From contig JAMWBK010000013.1 in the NCBI GenBank assembly GCA_029953675.1, positions 124,001-188,000 on the forward strand: DNA of 64,000 bases, written 5' to 3'. The notes beneath the pieces are model-generated. The model worked only from the letters and a program-made list of their open reading frames with translations, had not been told where the DNA came from and did not search any database. Shown piece after piece: positions 25,100 through 37,577 of this stretch; position 1 is the first letter of the stretch; the number at the start of each line of letters is the position of its first letter. The translations under genes and the position numbers were made by a program. The stretch is from Rhodosorus marinus CCMP1338 (Eukaryota; Plantae; Rhodophyta).

Positions 25100-27211
25100 C
25101 GCTGTTAAAAGTCACCACCACGAAGATGCCGGAGGCCCCAGGGGCTTTTTGGTCGTTTCGTGCGGGACGACACGGCCGATTGAGCATATCCAAAGCTTAC
25201 TGTAGAGGGTGATTGGACGTCTTCTGTGTTTTCCAGATTTAGATAATAATACGTGTAGAACGCGTTAAATAGAATATCACTTCCATGCCACCCCTTGCCA
25301 TTTGTCCTAGCGCGCACGAAATGGGGAATAAATATATTATGAAAAGGACATCCAACGTTAGAAGGGTGTTAGAAGAAGACGTTGACTGCTCAACGACAAA
25401 AAAGTAATTAATCTAGACCAATAACGTTGCAAGCTGTTCTTTTAGGGGGTAGATTCATTTCTCATCGCTGACAGTGGGACATATGCAAAATTTAGGGGGT
25501 AGGATTTCAATTCCAACAATCCAAAATAGTTCGATTTTGGTTCAATTAATTGGGATTTGGTAGAAGTACCCGCACGACTGGAAAGGGGGGTATGGTCTAG
25601 CCAAACCAACACGGGAAATTCGTTGACGGGAAGCTGTTGAGAGATTCTCCCCCAGAGTTGATTAAAAATCGCGTAAGGGTAGGTCTCAGCGCCAGAGCAT
25701 CATCTGCTTGACGAGATCGAACAGGTTTTGGAAGGACTATCGCAATGTCATGCCCTGTTCCACGTTATGGAAGGGCAATTCTCTCTTCACTGGGTACAGT
25801 GGAGACATGTGGAAGAAGAAGAATATTGTGGGAACTTGGGCACCCTCGCTGGAAGGGGTGCGCTAGCTTGCTTGTTCGAGCCATCTCCTGGTTTTGTTTT
25901 GGTGTAAACAGCCGCTTTGGGTTGTCCAACAACATGGAAAGAGGTAGCAGTTTTTGTGAGCGCAGATAACTTTTCTCAAATACTCGCGTTGTCCAGGTTG
26001 GGTAGTGCGTTCTAGGGGACCACTCAGATCGGGCTCTCGCCCTGTCAGGCCTCTGCCCGACATAGGCCGGGCTGCCAGTGTCCATGGTCAGTTCGCTGCG
26101 CTTGGGCGCTACGGGGATGGCGGGGGCTGGAACAAGCGTTTGTGACCAACACTTCCACGGCCCGGGTATTTACGGGACGCTTCTAAAATCGCTCCCTACG
26201 TCCTTCCGAGAGTAGCACCCCACTAGAGGACCTTAAAAAAAACCTCCGATTAAACCGATTTAAAATCTCCCCTGCACGACGATGAACGCATTCTTTCAGA
26301 CCAAGTGCTCGAAATACTTTGACTTTGTTGAGTATGGACACACCAGTCGCGCATCCCTGACAAGTACGGAACAGTCGGTCTCCGAAAGCTGCTGTTGGTA
26401 GAGCTACGTATTTTTGGCCTCCACCGGAGGTCCTCGGGTGCGGGCTTTTTAAATTCGGGACCTCGTCGTCCGCACTTCTCTGAAGCATTATAAATAGGTC
26501 AAGTTGGGTTTTTCGATACTCCGCCCCTCCATGTTGGAAACTGGTGGGAACAGAGCGTTTTTCGTGGTTGATATCAATAAAATATAGTCGGGAAAATTGG
26601 GGGGAATCTTCTGGGGAATAGGCGATTCCAGCGCGTCTGGTAAACATCCGGCGGTCGGTGGGAAGTAAATTTTAATAGCTATCCAGGGTTTTTTTGTTGC
26701 GAACGGGAAAATAACGCCTGTTTTCGAGGTTTTTGGTTTTCAGAATCGCACTCCGGTTCTGGTTGGAGGTTGAGGAGAGCAAGAACGATAGTGGGGAAGC
26801 TTGGGCTACTGGAAAGCGGTCGGTTCACGGAGGGGGAAGCGATTCTTTGGAGGGATTGAAGCCGTGGGCAGGGTATCTGCAGAGTGTGGGTAGAAAAGTG
26901 AGATCGACTCGGGCTGGGTTGCATTCGCCAGTTGTAGGAAGTGGACTGATCGTTCTTCTTGCAAGACCATTGGAAGATCGAAGGAGAGCGCAAAAATAGA
27001 AGCGTATGCTTGCGCAATCAGGCCTAACAATTTCTGCCCTGAACTGCGAATCTGAAGACGAAAAGAAACACCCTCCGTCCTCTTCCAAGACTTCAACCAT
27101 CTCTTCATCCCCTTCTGAGCTGCTGTCTCCCATTAAGGACACACGTTCTTGGAGCTCTCGTTCCAGCTCATCAAAATCGCTGCCATGAACGCTCCGCTCC
27201 TTCACTTGCAA
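25100..27211 (-). mobile_element. Probable decayed Helitron-like Rep remnant
   Basis: Collinear on the minus strand: FCALL..CNPARVDLTFLP (N-terminal Cys region), SPEDSPQFSRLYFID (compare PPKFAQLYIYD), PTWTTRVF (compare PDIVARVF) and FQRGCPSSHNILL (compare the EFQKRGLPHAHILL HUH motif). Multiple frameshifts. Confidence 0.45.
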
Positions 27212-29413
27212 ACTACCTTTCCCAGTCGATCAGCTAGGAAAAGTTCTCCCTCTCCACTTACAGAATATGCTAGCTTTGTGGCCAATAGAAGAGACTTAGT
27301 TCATCAAACTACCATTCATTACCCCCCAAGAATACACAATCCTTTATTATTGGTGGTTATATATTGAATATAAGTATAAAATATGCTAATTCTTAAAATA
27401 CTACTTTATACAATTTAGTCTTTGTTGATTTATCCAATGAATGATCGTATATTAGCCAATCATTCATTTCCTAGCGAAGGTGGGTCTACTTTTTCCAGCA
27501 TAGTCGATTCCGCCAATAGAAAAGGATGGGGGAAAACGGCGAATTCCGCCTCCTGGAACTGCACCAGAATACACAGCATCCCAGGCGATCCGATGGAGGT
27601 AGGACAGGAACGTTGGCTGTAATCTTGAGCTCTTCAGGTACTGAGCTAGTGGATTTTTCTCACAGTGAGCAGGTTGTTGCTAAACCGATCCCACGACACG
27701 TCTGGGAAGGGGACGATTAGTAGTCGTCCCTACGGAACTTGCATGGTGTAGGTTGGGAGGTGATTCGCATTTCCGACGAGGATAAGTTGTGCCTGTGCGA
27801 GTGCGAAGATGTCGTCGGAGACAAAGAGGAAGAGCACTTCCCTTCCAATGAGCTTGGTTGAGCAACAACCGGGGAGTGAGCGCAGGTCTGTTGATGGTTG
27901 TGTTTGGCTATCGGGCTCCTCGCACGGCTATCGTGTGGGGTATCTTTGACCGTGAATCACGATGTCTTCGGTCTTGAAGTTGGGTCGCCAATATCCAGAG
28001 CTGCTCGTCCGAATTAAGAACGCAACGAGCTCAGGTTTCTGCTGTCTCCAAACGATCAGCGATAGCTGGTAGGAATACCCAGGTTTGACATGCAAGGCTC
28101 ATCGGACAACGATCCTGACGCACCCACTCCAGCGCGATGAGAACAATAAGAAATTTTTATTTTTTCGCCACTGGGCTGGGGGGGAGCGGTAGTGTCTTCC
28201 TCGTCGACGCTTGCTCGATCACATCAAGCCACAGAGCACCCGATTCCTGCTCAATCCCAATCCATTTCTCCTGGATGCGCCCGCAATCAACCCCACAATC
28301 TTTGGATCTGGCGACTGACCCTGTAAAAGTCCAAAGCTTATCACACTCCTCCCCAAAACGGCCTTATCAAGCAGGTCAATACAGGACACCGTCGGGAGCA
28401 GTTCTTCAGCCCCATGTCCCTCCTTCTCCATTAGGACCACACTCATACCCACCCAAACACACTCTCAAAACCAGAGCGTGCTCCAGGCCAACTCCGAGGA
28501 ACAAGCCGAGCCCTCTCCACACTCACCAATAACATTTAAATACTTTTTTAAAGGTAACGCCAAAGTAGGCCATGGGGCCCCGAGGCGAGGGGAGAGAGTG
28601 CTGGAGGTGAACAAGGACGACTAGACAATCCAAGAAAAAAAATTCTTTGCGGAATTGATGAAGTTCAAGGACTGGATAGTTCTTGCCAAACGCTAAGCTA
28701 AGGAGGCTGATGGAACATCCCCGCAGCCCAGACAGCAAACCGTGGTTGGTCGTCTTGGAGAAGAGTAGGGCTCAAACAATTTTCTTCACGACATGAACCG
28801 AGAGTAGTCCCGCGCAAACCCGATCATGTCCGAGCAAGCATATAGGTCGGGTGTCGGGTTTTGTGTTTCTTCCCAAGGCGTCAGCGACTAGTAGGTCCTC
28901 TTACATCGGAGCGAGAATCCCCCATCCAGGGCTCACCATGCTTTGCTAAGAGCCGGAAGCAGAGTCTGGTCCGCAAGGTCACGAGGTGCCCCATTTTCGC
29001 CTCCCGGAAAGAGCACTGCGCTAGGACGTGTTGATGCCAAGCACCGAAGCTCTCCATCTGGAATTTGTGGACAAGGCTGCCTAGACTTCATATCCAAAAG
29101 CTCCGCACTCTGGAGACGAGACATCAACGCACGACTTAGCTCATCACTGTGCTGAGCAACCAGATGACCGCCTCGATCCTGAAAGTTCACTCGGTTCTGG
29201 ATTGGGACCTGAGGTAAGGACGAGGAAGTGACGTCAGGAGGGTTCAACAAGCGTAAAGAGCCAAACAGACACAGAAAAAAACAATTATTCCTTTTCGGAG
29301 GTGACGGTTGAAAAGCCGCTGCTGAGACTCCAGAGGAGAGGGCGAGAAGAAGGAGAAGAAGAACAAGCGGAAGAAAAAGCAGCTCGTGTGGTTGGAGAAG
29401 ATACAATGGAAGT

Positions 29414-31267
29414 ATGCAAGTCACTCTGAAGTCAGAGCACGGACGTTCGGGTGCCTTAGGGCTTGTAGAAGTTCGTAATCGATGCCTTTGGATTTTAAGA
29501 GAGGCTGGAGTGGTTTCCGTAACGAACGTCTGTGAGGGTGATGGGGACGAAGAGCTGATCGTTGAGGAAGGTAAGGGCGCTGTACTGATCGGAGGGGTCG
29601 AAGATGGGGGGAGCGTGTTCCTGGTGGATGAGGAGGGGTACTTGAGGTGTTATAATGGAGTGAACAGGGAGCTTTTGAGGAGCTTGAAGGCTCACGACGG
29701 GGGCGTATCGTGCCTGGAAGTGACGAGCAGCATTGTCGTGACTTGCGGATGTGTGGATGGTCAGGTCAAGGTCTTCGATGCGAGGGATGGGTCAAGGCTG
29801 AGTTCGTTCTCGGTGGACTTTGAGGTGACGGCAGTGTCCACGAGGAGCGGGAGTATTCTGTTGGGGACTGCAGAAGGCACAGTGTTCCGTAGAAGCGGCG
29901 CGGAGTGCAAGGAGATCTTCGCGGGAAGGGAAGGACAGCCAACGACGGGTTCAGTCACAGCAATCTGCTCGAATCCGTACTCGAATCGCGTCTGGATTGG
30001 GCTTTCCTCGGGCCATATCGTTGTCTTCAGAAAGTCAAAGACGATCTTCAGCTCTCGCGCTCACGATGGACGTATCACTTCGATCCAGTCGGCGTCAAGC
30101 TCATTAATCGTCACCGCGGGTAGCGACGGGCTGGTCGGCGTATGGAAAGCATCGAGATCATCACCACGCCTGCTATACAACTCCGCCGCAGGCGGCAAGA
30201 ACATCACACTGACCACAGGCGAGCAGGCCACCCTCCACTCCAGAAGAGTATGGATCGTTTCAGAAAACGCCACCCGCGCATGGAACCTCACCGTAAAGCT
30301 CCCGAAACAGAAACCAAACATCGATACCGCAGATCAAACAAACAGAATCGTCAAGCAGCTTAAGGACAAGGTCATCAGCAAAGGTAAGTCAGCAGGCTTT
30401 AGGCTGCTTTCAAGCCCCGACCGAGATGCCAAGGAGGCGGCGAGGTGGACCAAGCCAAGCCGTTGACTCGTGCAGTCGGTCTCTTCCGTATGTAGAGGTG
30501 AGAGACTGGGGCTGCGCAGGCTGCGTCCCCGCCTTCCAGCCTCTCACCCCCTGCAATACCAGAGAAGACCGTGTTGGCCTGGAAGACATGTCTTCTGACG
30601 ATCAGTTGTGGACGTTTGGTTGTTAGATTCTGAGATTTTGGAGCTGAAGAGGATAGCGGCTGGTCTTCAAGATGAGCTCGATGAGCTTAGGAGTATCGCG
30701 AGGAGGCGTGAGGCTGAGGTGTGGAGTGCTAGGAAGATATCTCGTCGTCGTTTTGATCGGTCTATGGTGTCTGGTGGATTGGGTTCGAGCCTTGTCAAGG
30801 AGCAGGGCGGCGAGGGTGGGCAGCAGCGAGAGCTTGACCTTGCGATCCGTATGCTGCACGAGATGGATATTAACATGAGGGAGTCGGAGGAGAGGTTTGA
30901 GCAGCTGTACAGGCAGCAGGCGGAGCAGGCGCGGGAATTTGTGGAGAGGAACAGGGCGGTGGAGGAGTCAAAGAGAGCTTTTACGGAAGAGGACCGTCGG
31001 GATCGGGTCAAGGAGGCGGAAGAGCTACTGAGAACCTGGGAGAAAGGCGCCCGGGAGATCTTCGACGACCGCAAGAGAGAAACCAACTCGGTTCGACAGC
31101 GGCTGACCGCCATTGAAAAGGCCCGAGAACCGGAACCGGAGCCGTCAGAAAAGCCCGCCGAGAGGAACTTGCCAAGCTCAGCGGAAGCGATCCGAGCAGG
31201 TCTCGATGTTCCGGTGCGGAGATCGCCAGAGGAGGTATCGATGAGCTCCGAGAACACACGCTGCTAG
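29414..31267 (+). CDS. WD40-repeat protein with C-terminal coiled coil (intron ~30382-30626)
   Basis: WD repeats (LKAHDGGVSCL..VKVFD; RAHDGRITSI..VGVWK). The phase-1 splice AAAG|gtaagt..ttag|ATTCTGAG joins a long E/R-rich coiled-coil exon. Confidence 0.8.
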
Positions 31268-31356
31268 GCTTGATCGCTAAGAGTCACTTCGTCCAACCGT
31301 CTTATCAGATACTTGACAGGGATAAGTTTTGAAGTCAGCGCAGCCATTAAGTTGCA

Positions 31357-32678
31357 TCAAAATCCGAAGACGGAGAGCGTAGGTTCCTCGTTAAAGTCTT
31401 CTCCGCAGTACGCCAGGAGCATCTTTGAAGGATGCCAGGCGAGGGAATTGAAGGCCAAGCCGACCTGGAGCTTGTGGACGAGCTTTCCGGTATCAGTCCC
31501 TGCGATATCGATGAAGCTCTCATCGACGCCATCGTAGCCCGAGGCGAGCAGGAGTCCGTCGTGGGAGAACACAGTGCACCTCACCGGAAACTCACAGCTT
31601 TCCAGGCTACGAATGCAGTAGTACTCGTCGACGTCCCACAGCGTCACAATCGCGTCTCCACCACCGATCGCAAACCGAGACGACCGCTTGTCAAAGTCAA
31701 TGCACGTGCATCCAGATTGATGGGCTTGGATCTTCCTCTGCAGCTTTAAACTCGGCCAGCTGTTCACCGAAACCTAACAACAGGGATACAAAGATATCTC
31801 TTGAGTAAGCCGGTCGAAGCGTCCTAACAGCTGGGACCATTGCAGGCTTGTCGACCGCGAAGGCTGCAGGGGCCTTTAGGTCCCGCCTGCAATCTTCGCC
31901 ATCGTTTTCCCTGCTTCACTCCCAGGCCTCGACGCTCTCCTTTGGGGAGAATGTTGAACGCGTCTGCATTCTCAGACCAGGTTTCGTTTGGAGAGAAGTC
32001 GGAATGGGGAGTAACTCACGCTTCCATCGCTGGTTGCAATTAGAAAGGAGTCTCCCGATGGACTCCACTTCATATCTTTAACATTCTCAACGACCTTGAT
32101 CTGTCCCTGGTTGTCGCCGCTCCTGGGGTCAATAAAGTGAAGCGTATCGCTCTTATCTCTCACGCAGATGTGCTTTCCATCGGGACTGAACGCAATGATG
32201 TAGTTCTCCGCTCTCGTCTTGATCTCAAGGACGTCCGTCTTCTTCGATCTTAGATCCCAGATTCTCGCCTAGAGAGGTAGAAGCGCGGTCGTTTAGGGAT
32301 GCAGGGCTGAGGGGGATCTTGGCGGGGCCCTCGCGGGACCCGGCTTCGAGGACGGCGGACAGGGCTTACTGTTTTGTCGGCGGAAGCGCTAGCAAGAATC
32401 TTTGGGTTGACTGGATCCCAAGCGATTTTGTTGACTGCTCCTGTGTGTTTTGAGAGTTCCTTTGACGAGGAGAAGGCGCGTGTAGTAGAGTTCGAGATCT
32501 GGTAGACGTCCCAGATTCTCAGCGTCTGATCAGAAGCGGCGCTCCCGATGTAGTACCCGTCGCAGGAGAAGGCGACATCGTTTATGCTCGTACGCCGATG
32601 TCCGTCCGACCGGTGGTGTCCGTCCAGCCGCACCGTCGACCTAGACTCCAGCCCGCCGTGCTTGATGTGCGATGTCAT
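31357..32678 (-). CDS. THOC3: THO complex subunit 3 (Tex1), multi-exon WD40
   Basis: Motifs HTGAVNKIAWDP..LASASADKTV, AHQSGCTCIDFD..FAIGGGDAIVTLWDVDEYYCIR and FSHDGLLLASG..LAWHPSKMLLAY. Confidence 0.85.
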
Positions 32679-33049
32679 ACCTCCCGCTTCAAAACCATTT
32701 CCTCAGGTGCGGGGGAAAACCAAAAACAAAAGATGCAACCACAGCTTCGATCCAAAAACAAAAGAAAAGAAACGGGCGAAGAAGTTTCTTCTTTCACAGA
32801 TCTAGAGCACCGGTCCACTACTCCAACCCCTTCGCTCCTCACCGTTCCGATCCCCGATCCCCTCCAAACCTTCTCAATGCCTTTCGGAGCTTTTCTAGTA
32901 CATCCATTCGACATGTACTAAGATCTTCACTACGTGTACTATAACGTGTAGTTCCATTCGATGTGTACTAATATTTAGTACGTGTACTATAGTACGTGAT
33001 TTGTACAAACTGAATGAATGTGTTTATTAGGAGACTAAAAGAGACCGCG

Positions 33050-33054
<5 letters not shown>

Positions 33055-33108
<54 letters not shown>
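33055..33108. repeat. (AG)n microsatellite
   Basis: Uninterrupted AG dinucleotide run of ~54 bp. Confidence 0.98.
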
Positions 33109-33112
<4 letters not shown>

Positions 33113-33991
33113 GAAGGTGTACATCGCGAGACCTCCAACAACAAAGCAGCATTCATCAGCTACAACAAAACAATTCAAAACGTGTAAAGAGGGAGAGTTG
33201 GTCTGAGCGCTCACGGAGTTGTTCGACGCTCGTGTCCCCGCGGCTTGATGTGCTTCTACATCTTTTTCTGTTTCTTTTAGTGTAGCCCTCAGCAAATATG
33301 CTGGGAAATGGGCACGATGATCTAGTCCACTTTGACCATTCGGAACAAGCTTTTCTGTCCAAAGCAACTGAGGCTTTGTTTGTTTACTCAAAAAAAAGTC
33401 AACCCTCCCCACCCTCCCCCAGTTTCTTCCTTTTGATGGGGTCTGCGATCTGTCATCTGCACCACCGGGGCTAAGTCTTGTTGTATTTTAGAGCAGAAGT
33501 ATAACGCGATTGTCCTCTACTGTTGCCAACCTCTTGAGCACCTCCTCCTGGCATAAATGCTTTCCTTTTACGCCATCAACTGTATTAACGTCACCCCTTT
33601 CATTCCGGAATTTTCGCTCGCAAATGGGGAACGCTCCCACCGCATTTCTCTACCAGTGACAACCACTCGGCCAACTATTCTTCGGTTAAATACTCCAAAT
33701 TTATCCACGTCTCTCCCACACTCTGGTCTGCAGGCACAGAGAGGAAGGACGCTGTTACCGTGTCTGTCTACCTGCACAACCACTCGGCCATCTCCTCGCT
33801 GGATAAATGCTCTTTGAAGGAAGCAAAGGCGCGCGGAGCTGTGTTCATGCTTCACCAGCTCTCTGGCTCGTCGCGTGCAGCCGAACTCTCCTGGGTCGCG
33901 GTCGCTTGGGTTGTGCTACTTAGTTTCATTTCTGAAGTTGTACAAGAACACCATCGTCTGAGTGTAAGCCGCAGGGTTTTCTTCGCGCTGT

Positions 33992-35635
33992 TTACGAGCT
34001 GGTCATCTCCATCGCGACGGCGTTAGCGTCGGGATCCTGAGCTTCTCCACGGGAGCGCGTGCTGAAGAGCTCTCTACGAATCTCTGGTGTAATGCCGGAA
34101 TGGAACTGCTTCCTCATCAGCAGCTTCAGCCTGTTCTTCTGCTCCCTGGTGATCACGGATTTGTACCTCTGAGCAAACGTCAGCAACGATCGATGCCAGA
34201 GCACAGGAAGCTGTCTTTCCTCCGACTCCATCTTCACAAAGTGATCAACGAGCCCGTCCACCACCTTATACGGCAGCGCATATTTCTTATCCAGCAGAAC
34301 CCTAATAAATATTGACGTCGCACCCGAGTACCACATCGTCGACAGCCGCATCAACGCCGCCGCAGAGTGCAGCAGCGGAACAGACACCTTCGCCACCACC
34401 GATCCAAATATCGTCGCCTCGTGAAGCGTGCAACTCCCGTCCTCACACAACGGAAATATCACCCCCTTGAAAAACGCCTTCGGCTTGTACAGCGCCTTCT
34501 TCATCGCCTATTCCACCCCAAAAGACCACAACCAAAACGCTAAGCAAACAATACATAGAATACGCCCCGGGCCTCTTGGCCCGGCCTCTCTTGGCCCGGC
34601 CTAGCTTGGCCCGGGCAAGCTGTCCTCGGGCCATAGAGAGGGCCTGAGGCCAGAGAGGGGGTCCGAGGTAAAGAGGGGAGGAGTAGGGCTATTTCGCTTC
34701 TCTAAGTTGGTAAATGGGATCTGGAAGGGATTACCTGGTAGATGCTAAAGTGCAGTTTCTTATTTCGTTCGATGTCATCTCTTGCGCGTGGGAGGAGGAC
34801 TTCATTGTAGAACTTCTGAGCCTGTTTTTCGTCTAGATTTGAGGCGAAGAGTCTTGTGGCGACGAAGACGGAGGCGGGGGACCACTCCATGGGGTTGGTG
34901 AGCCAGACGAGCCGCTCCCAGTTGGAGCAGTTTGGAATGACTTTGAACGCTTTGGGAACTTTTCCGGTAGTGTACTTCTTCATCACTTCGCCGACTCTGT
35001 TTTTTTTTTTTTTAACGGTTGGAGGGGGGAGAGCAGGAGAAGTAGCGCGTTCGGTTAGAGTGGATTTTTGGGTACTTTGGAGGCGGGTAGCATTGACCGG
35101 CTCACCCTCTATAAACTTCGACAACTTTGGCATGAGTAGGATCTTCCGGAGCAGGATTTTCCGCGTCGAGCCTTTTCCTTTCAGCCTCCTCGAACTTTTC
35201 CTGGATAATATCCGCGATGGTTCGGCCTTGGCCGGTCCTCATCCCAAACATTGCCAGGGCCCGCTCATCTTCTTCGGTAATCTGAGTCTCATCCAGGTAG
35301 TCAAATTCTTCCTCCTCAAACTCCTCCTCCTCAACCTCTTCCTCATCCTCCTCCTCATCAGACGAAAGGTCAAAAACAACCTTCTTCCCTCCACCCACCT
35401 CAGCGCCCTCCTCCTCCCCACTCCCCTCACTAACAAGCTGCGCCTTCGCCTGCTTCAGAACTTTCATAGTCATTGCAGCATCCAGTACCTCCTCCCTCCC
35501 ATCCTCCTCATCAGAACCCTCCATACTTCTCTTCCTTCTCTTCTTATCCACTACCTCAACACCCTCATCCCCAAGTCCAGCACCGTGACCCTCACCCCTA
35601 CCCCCAATCCTCCTCACCCTCTTCTTCAACTTCAT
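33992..35635 (-). CDS. BYSL: Bystin / Enp1 (40S biogenesis), 2 introns
   Basis: Motifs YTTGKVPKAFKVIP, ATRLFASNL, KKALYKPKAFFKG, LLDKKYALPYKVVD, LPVLWHRSLLTFAQRYK and ITPEIRREL. Confidence 0.96.
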
Positions 35636-35734
35636 CCTCAAACAAGTCAATCAAATCAACTCCTTCCAGTTCTCCCTCAAAAATATTCAACACTGTCCTT
35701 CCAACGGAGAAACCCAAAAGTTCGCATTCATTCA

Positions 35735-36450
35735 CACCGTCTCTCCACCTCTCCCACCCCCAACCATCGCCAGCGCACCGGCCGTCGTCAAGGCTCTAAT
35801 GCCGAAGCAAAGCGAAGGGAAGCAATAAGCAGCGGTTTCGCCGCTGCAAGGTCGGGCCAAGTGGCTGTTTTGATCAGCATTGGGAATGCTATGTAGGTGG
35901 GATGGTAGGTATAGGCAGCGGTAGCCGCCTAAGCGGCTGCCCTACATATACTCTCCTCCTCCCACAACCCAAACATGACCGTCGTCACTGGCTTCGTCAA
36001 GCTACCACTGCTGAGCCACCGCTGAGGGACGGCGTAAGCAGGTGGTAAGGGATGAATCCTGTTCGTGGAAGCCGACGGTTCACTGGCGGTTTTGATCAGT
36101 ATTGGGAATGTGCCTGTAGGTGGGATGGTAGCTATATGCGGTGTTCGATGGCTAAGCAGCTGTCCTACACAGTCTCTCCTCCGGCCCCAACCCAAACATT
36201 GTCCCATCCACCTGGCGTCGTCAAGCTATCAATGCTGACGCAATGACAGGAAACAATTGGCTGAGGCTTCGCCGCTGCTGCAGTGATGAAGTGGGTTGGT
36301 GAAAGGCTACGGGTCACGGGCTGTTTTGATCAGTAGTGGGAAGGTGGTGTGGCTAGGATGGTAGGTTGAGGCAGCGGCGTCCGCTTAAGCCACTGCCTGC
36401 ACACACGCTCTCCTCCTCTCCAAACCAAACATGACCATCGTCACGGGCTC
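35735..36450. repeat. Tandem array of ~220-bp diverged units (three copies plus a partial), with hairpins
   Basis: ttttgatcag anchors at ~35868, 36089 and 36324. Copies share tgggaa, ggatggtag, ctctcctcc, ccaaacat and cgtcaag blocks. Confidence 0.85.
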
Positions 36451-36892
36451 TGGGCCGACTTTTAGCCGGAATAGAAGCAGTTGGGGGACGTACTGGAGCT
36501 TTCCTTGCCTGCCCGTTGGAATTGGTATTTAAGATCCCGAGTACGGATTTGATGATCTCAATACACCTCGGCAATCGAAACTAAACCGTTGGGCTTGGTT
36601 TTGCCGAGGGGAGAGGATATGTAGTCAGAGAACAGGTAGGAAACGGTTTTGTTCGTTGAAGTTCGTCAACAGGCCCGTATTTGGATGGCAACCATCCCAT
36701 TCCCTACCTGTCCAGGGTTTGTTAGTCCCGTTAGCACAGTGGCTTCGCTAGAGTAGTACGTATTTTCCCCCGAAATCATCGCGAAAAAGGGAATATGCGG
36801 AACCGCTTCGAGGGAAGGGGTGTTGGCTTCGTGCTTGCGCGAAGGAAAGAGAAGAGCTGCTCTATTGCGTTGAAAGTGTCTTGGAGAGACAA

Positions 36893-37577
36893 ATGGCTCG
36901 ACTCCAACGGCTTCGAAGGAGCGTCGTGGCGATGAGAGATGATGCCTGGGCGACTTTTGAGGAGCACCGGCTATTTCTATCTGTTGCCGGATCCGTCCTG
37001 ACTGCTTTGGGCGCACTGTATACGTACGAGCATAGGAGGTTCCAGCAGCATGAGCTTGAGAAGAAGATTGCTTCGTTGGAGGTTCGAAAGCCGTCATATT
37101 CTTTCCTCTTCTTTCAATCACGCCGGGCCACTCTCGTTGAAAAACTGTCCTTGTCTTGATTTCTAGGAAGAGCATCAGCACCACCATGCGAGCGGAAGGT
37201 TTCACAGGGTGAAGTTGATAACAAAGTTTGCCTTCCCGATGATAACGGTGGCAGGAATTGTCGGGTACGTTATTGGATTTAGAACAGGACACGCTGCCGG
37301 AGCAAGAAGGCAGGCGAGTGATGTCGTAGCCGGGAAGAAGGCACTTCAAAAGCTTGAAGGGGAGCAGTTACAGAGGTTAGTACGAAATACTCGGTTTGTC
37401 CTTCTCCAGTGTGTGTGTTTGATAACAAACCGCGAGCAACCCCCTATCCCCCGCAAAACAGGATACTTGTTGCAAAAGCTCGACTCCAACCTAATCAGAT
37501 CCGAAAACGAGTACTCGAGAGACTCAGAAGTCGACGGAAGAAAGAGCCCGCTGGGAGCTCTCCAACCCTTCCAATGA
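36893..37577 (+). CDS. Hypothetical small two-TM membrane protein (2 introns inferred)
   Basis: MARLQRLRR..LFLSVAGSVLTALGALY and, after an intron, EEHQHHH..FAFPMITVAGIVGYVIGF. Last exon inferred from a branch point and cag at ~37495. Confidence 0.6.

Noticed and set aside
30485-30505. Possible 2-nt microexon (tag|AG|gtgag) in the WD40 gene intron
   Set aside because: Direct splicing already preserves the frame, and including it would shift the frame.
34856-35896. 346-aa Leu-rich plus-strand ORF
   Set aside because: Shadow of the acidic bystin N-terminus; GAG/GAA codons read as Leu/Phe on the other strand.
36000-36020. tRNA A-box-like GTGGCTCAG..TGGTAG on the minus strand
   Set aside because: Present in only one unit, with no B box or cloverleaf.
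35929-36450. Protein-repeat reading of the 220-bp array (FPMLIKTA / FPILIKTA / FPLLIKTA)
   Set aside because: An in-frame stop sits at the same position in two copies and local frameshifts occur, so non-coding is more likely.
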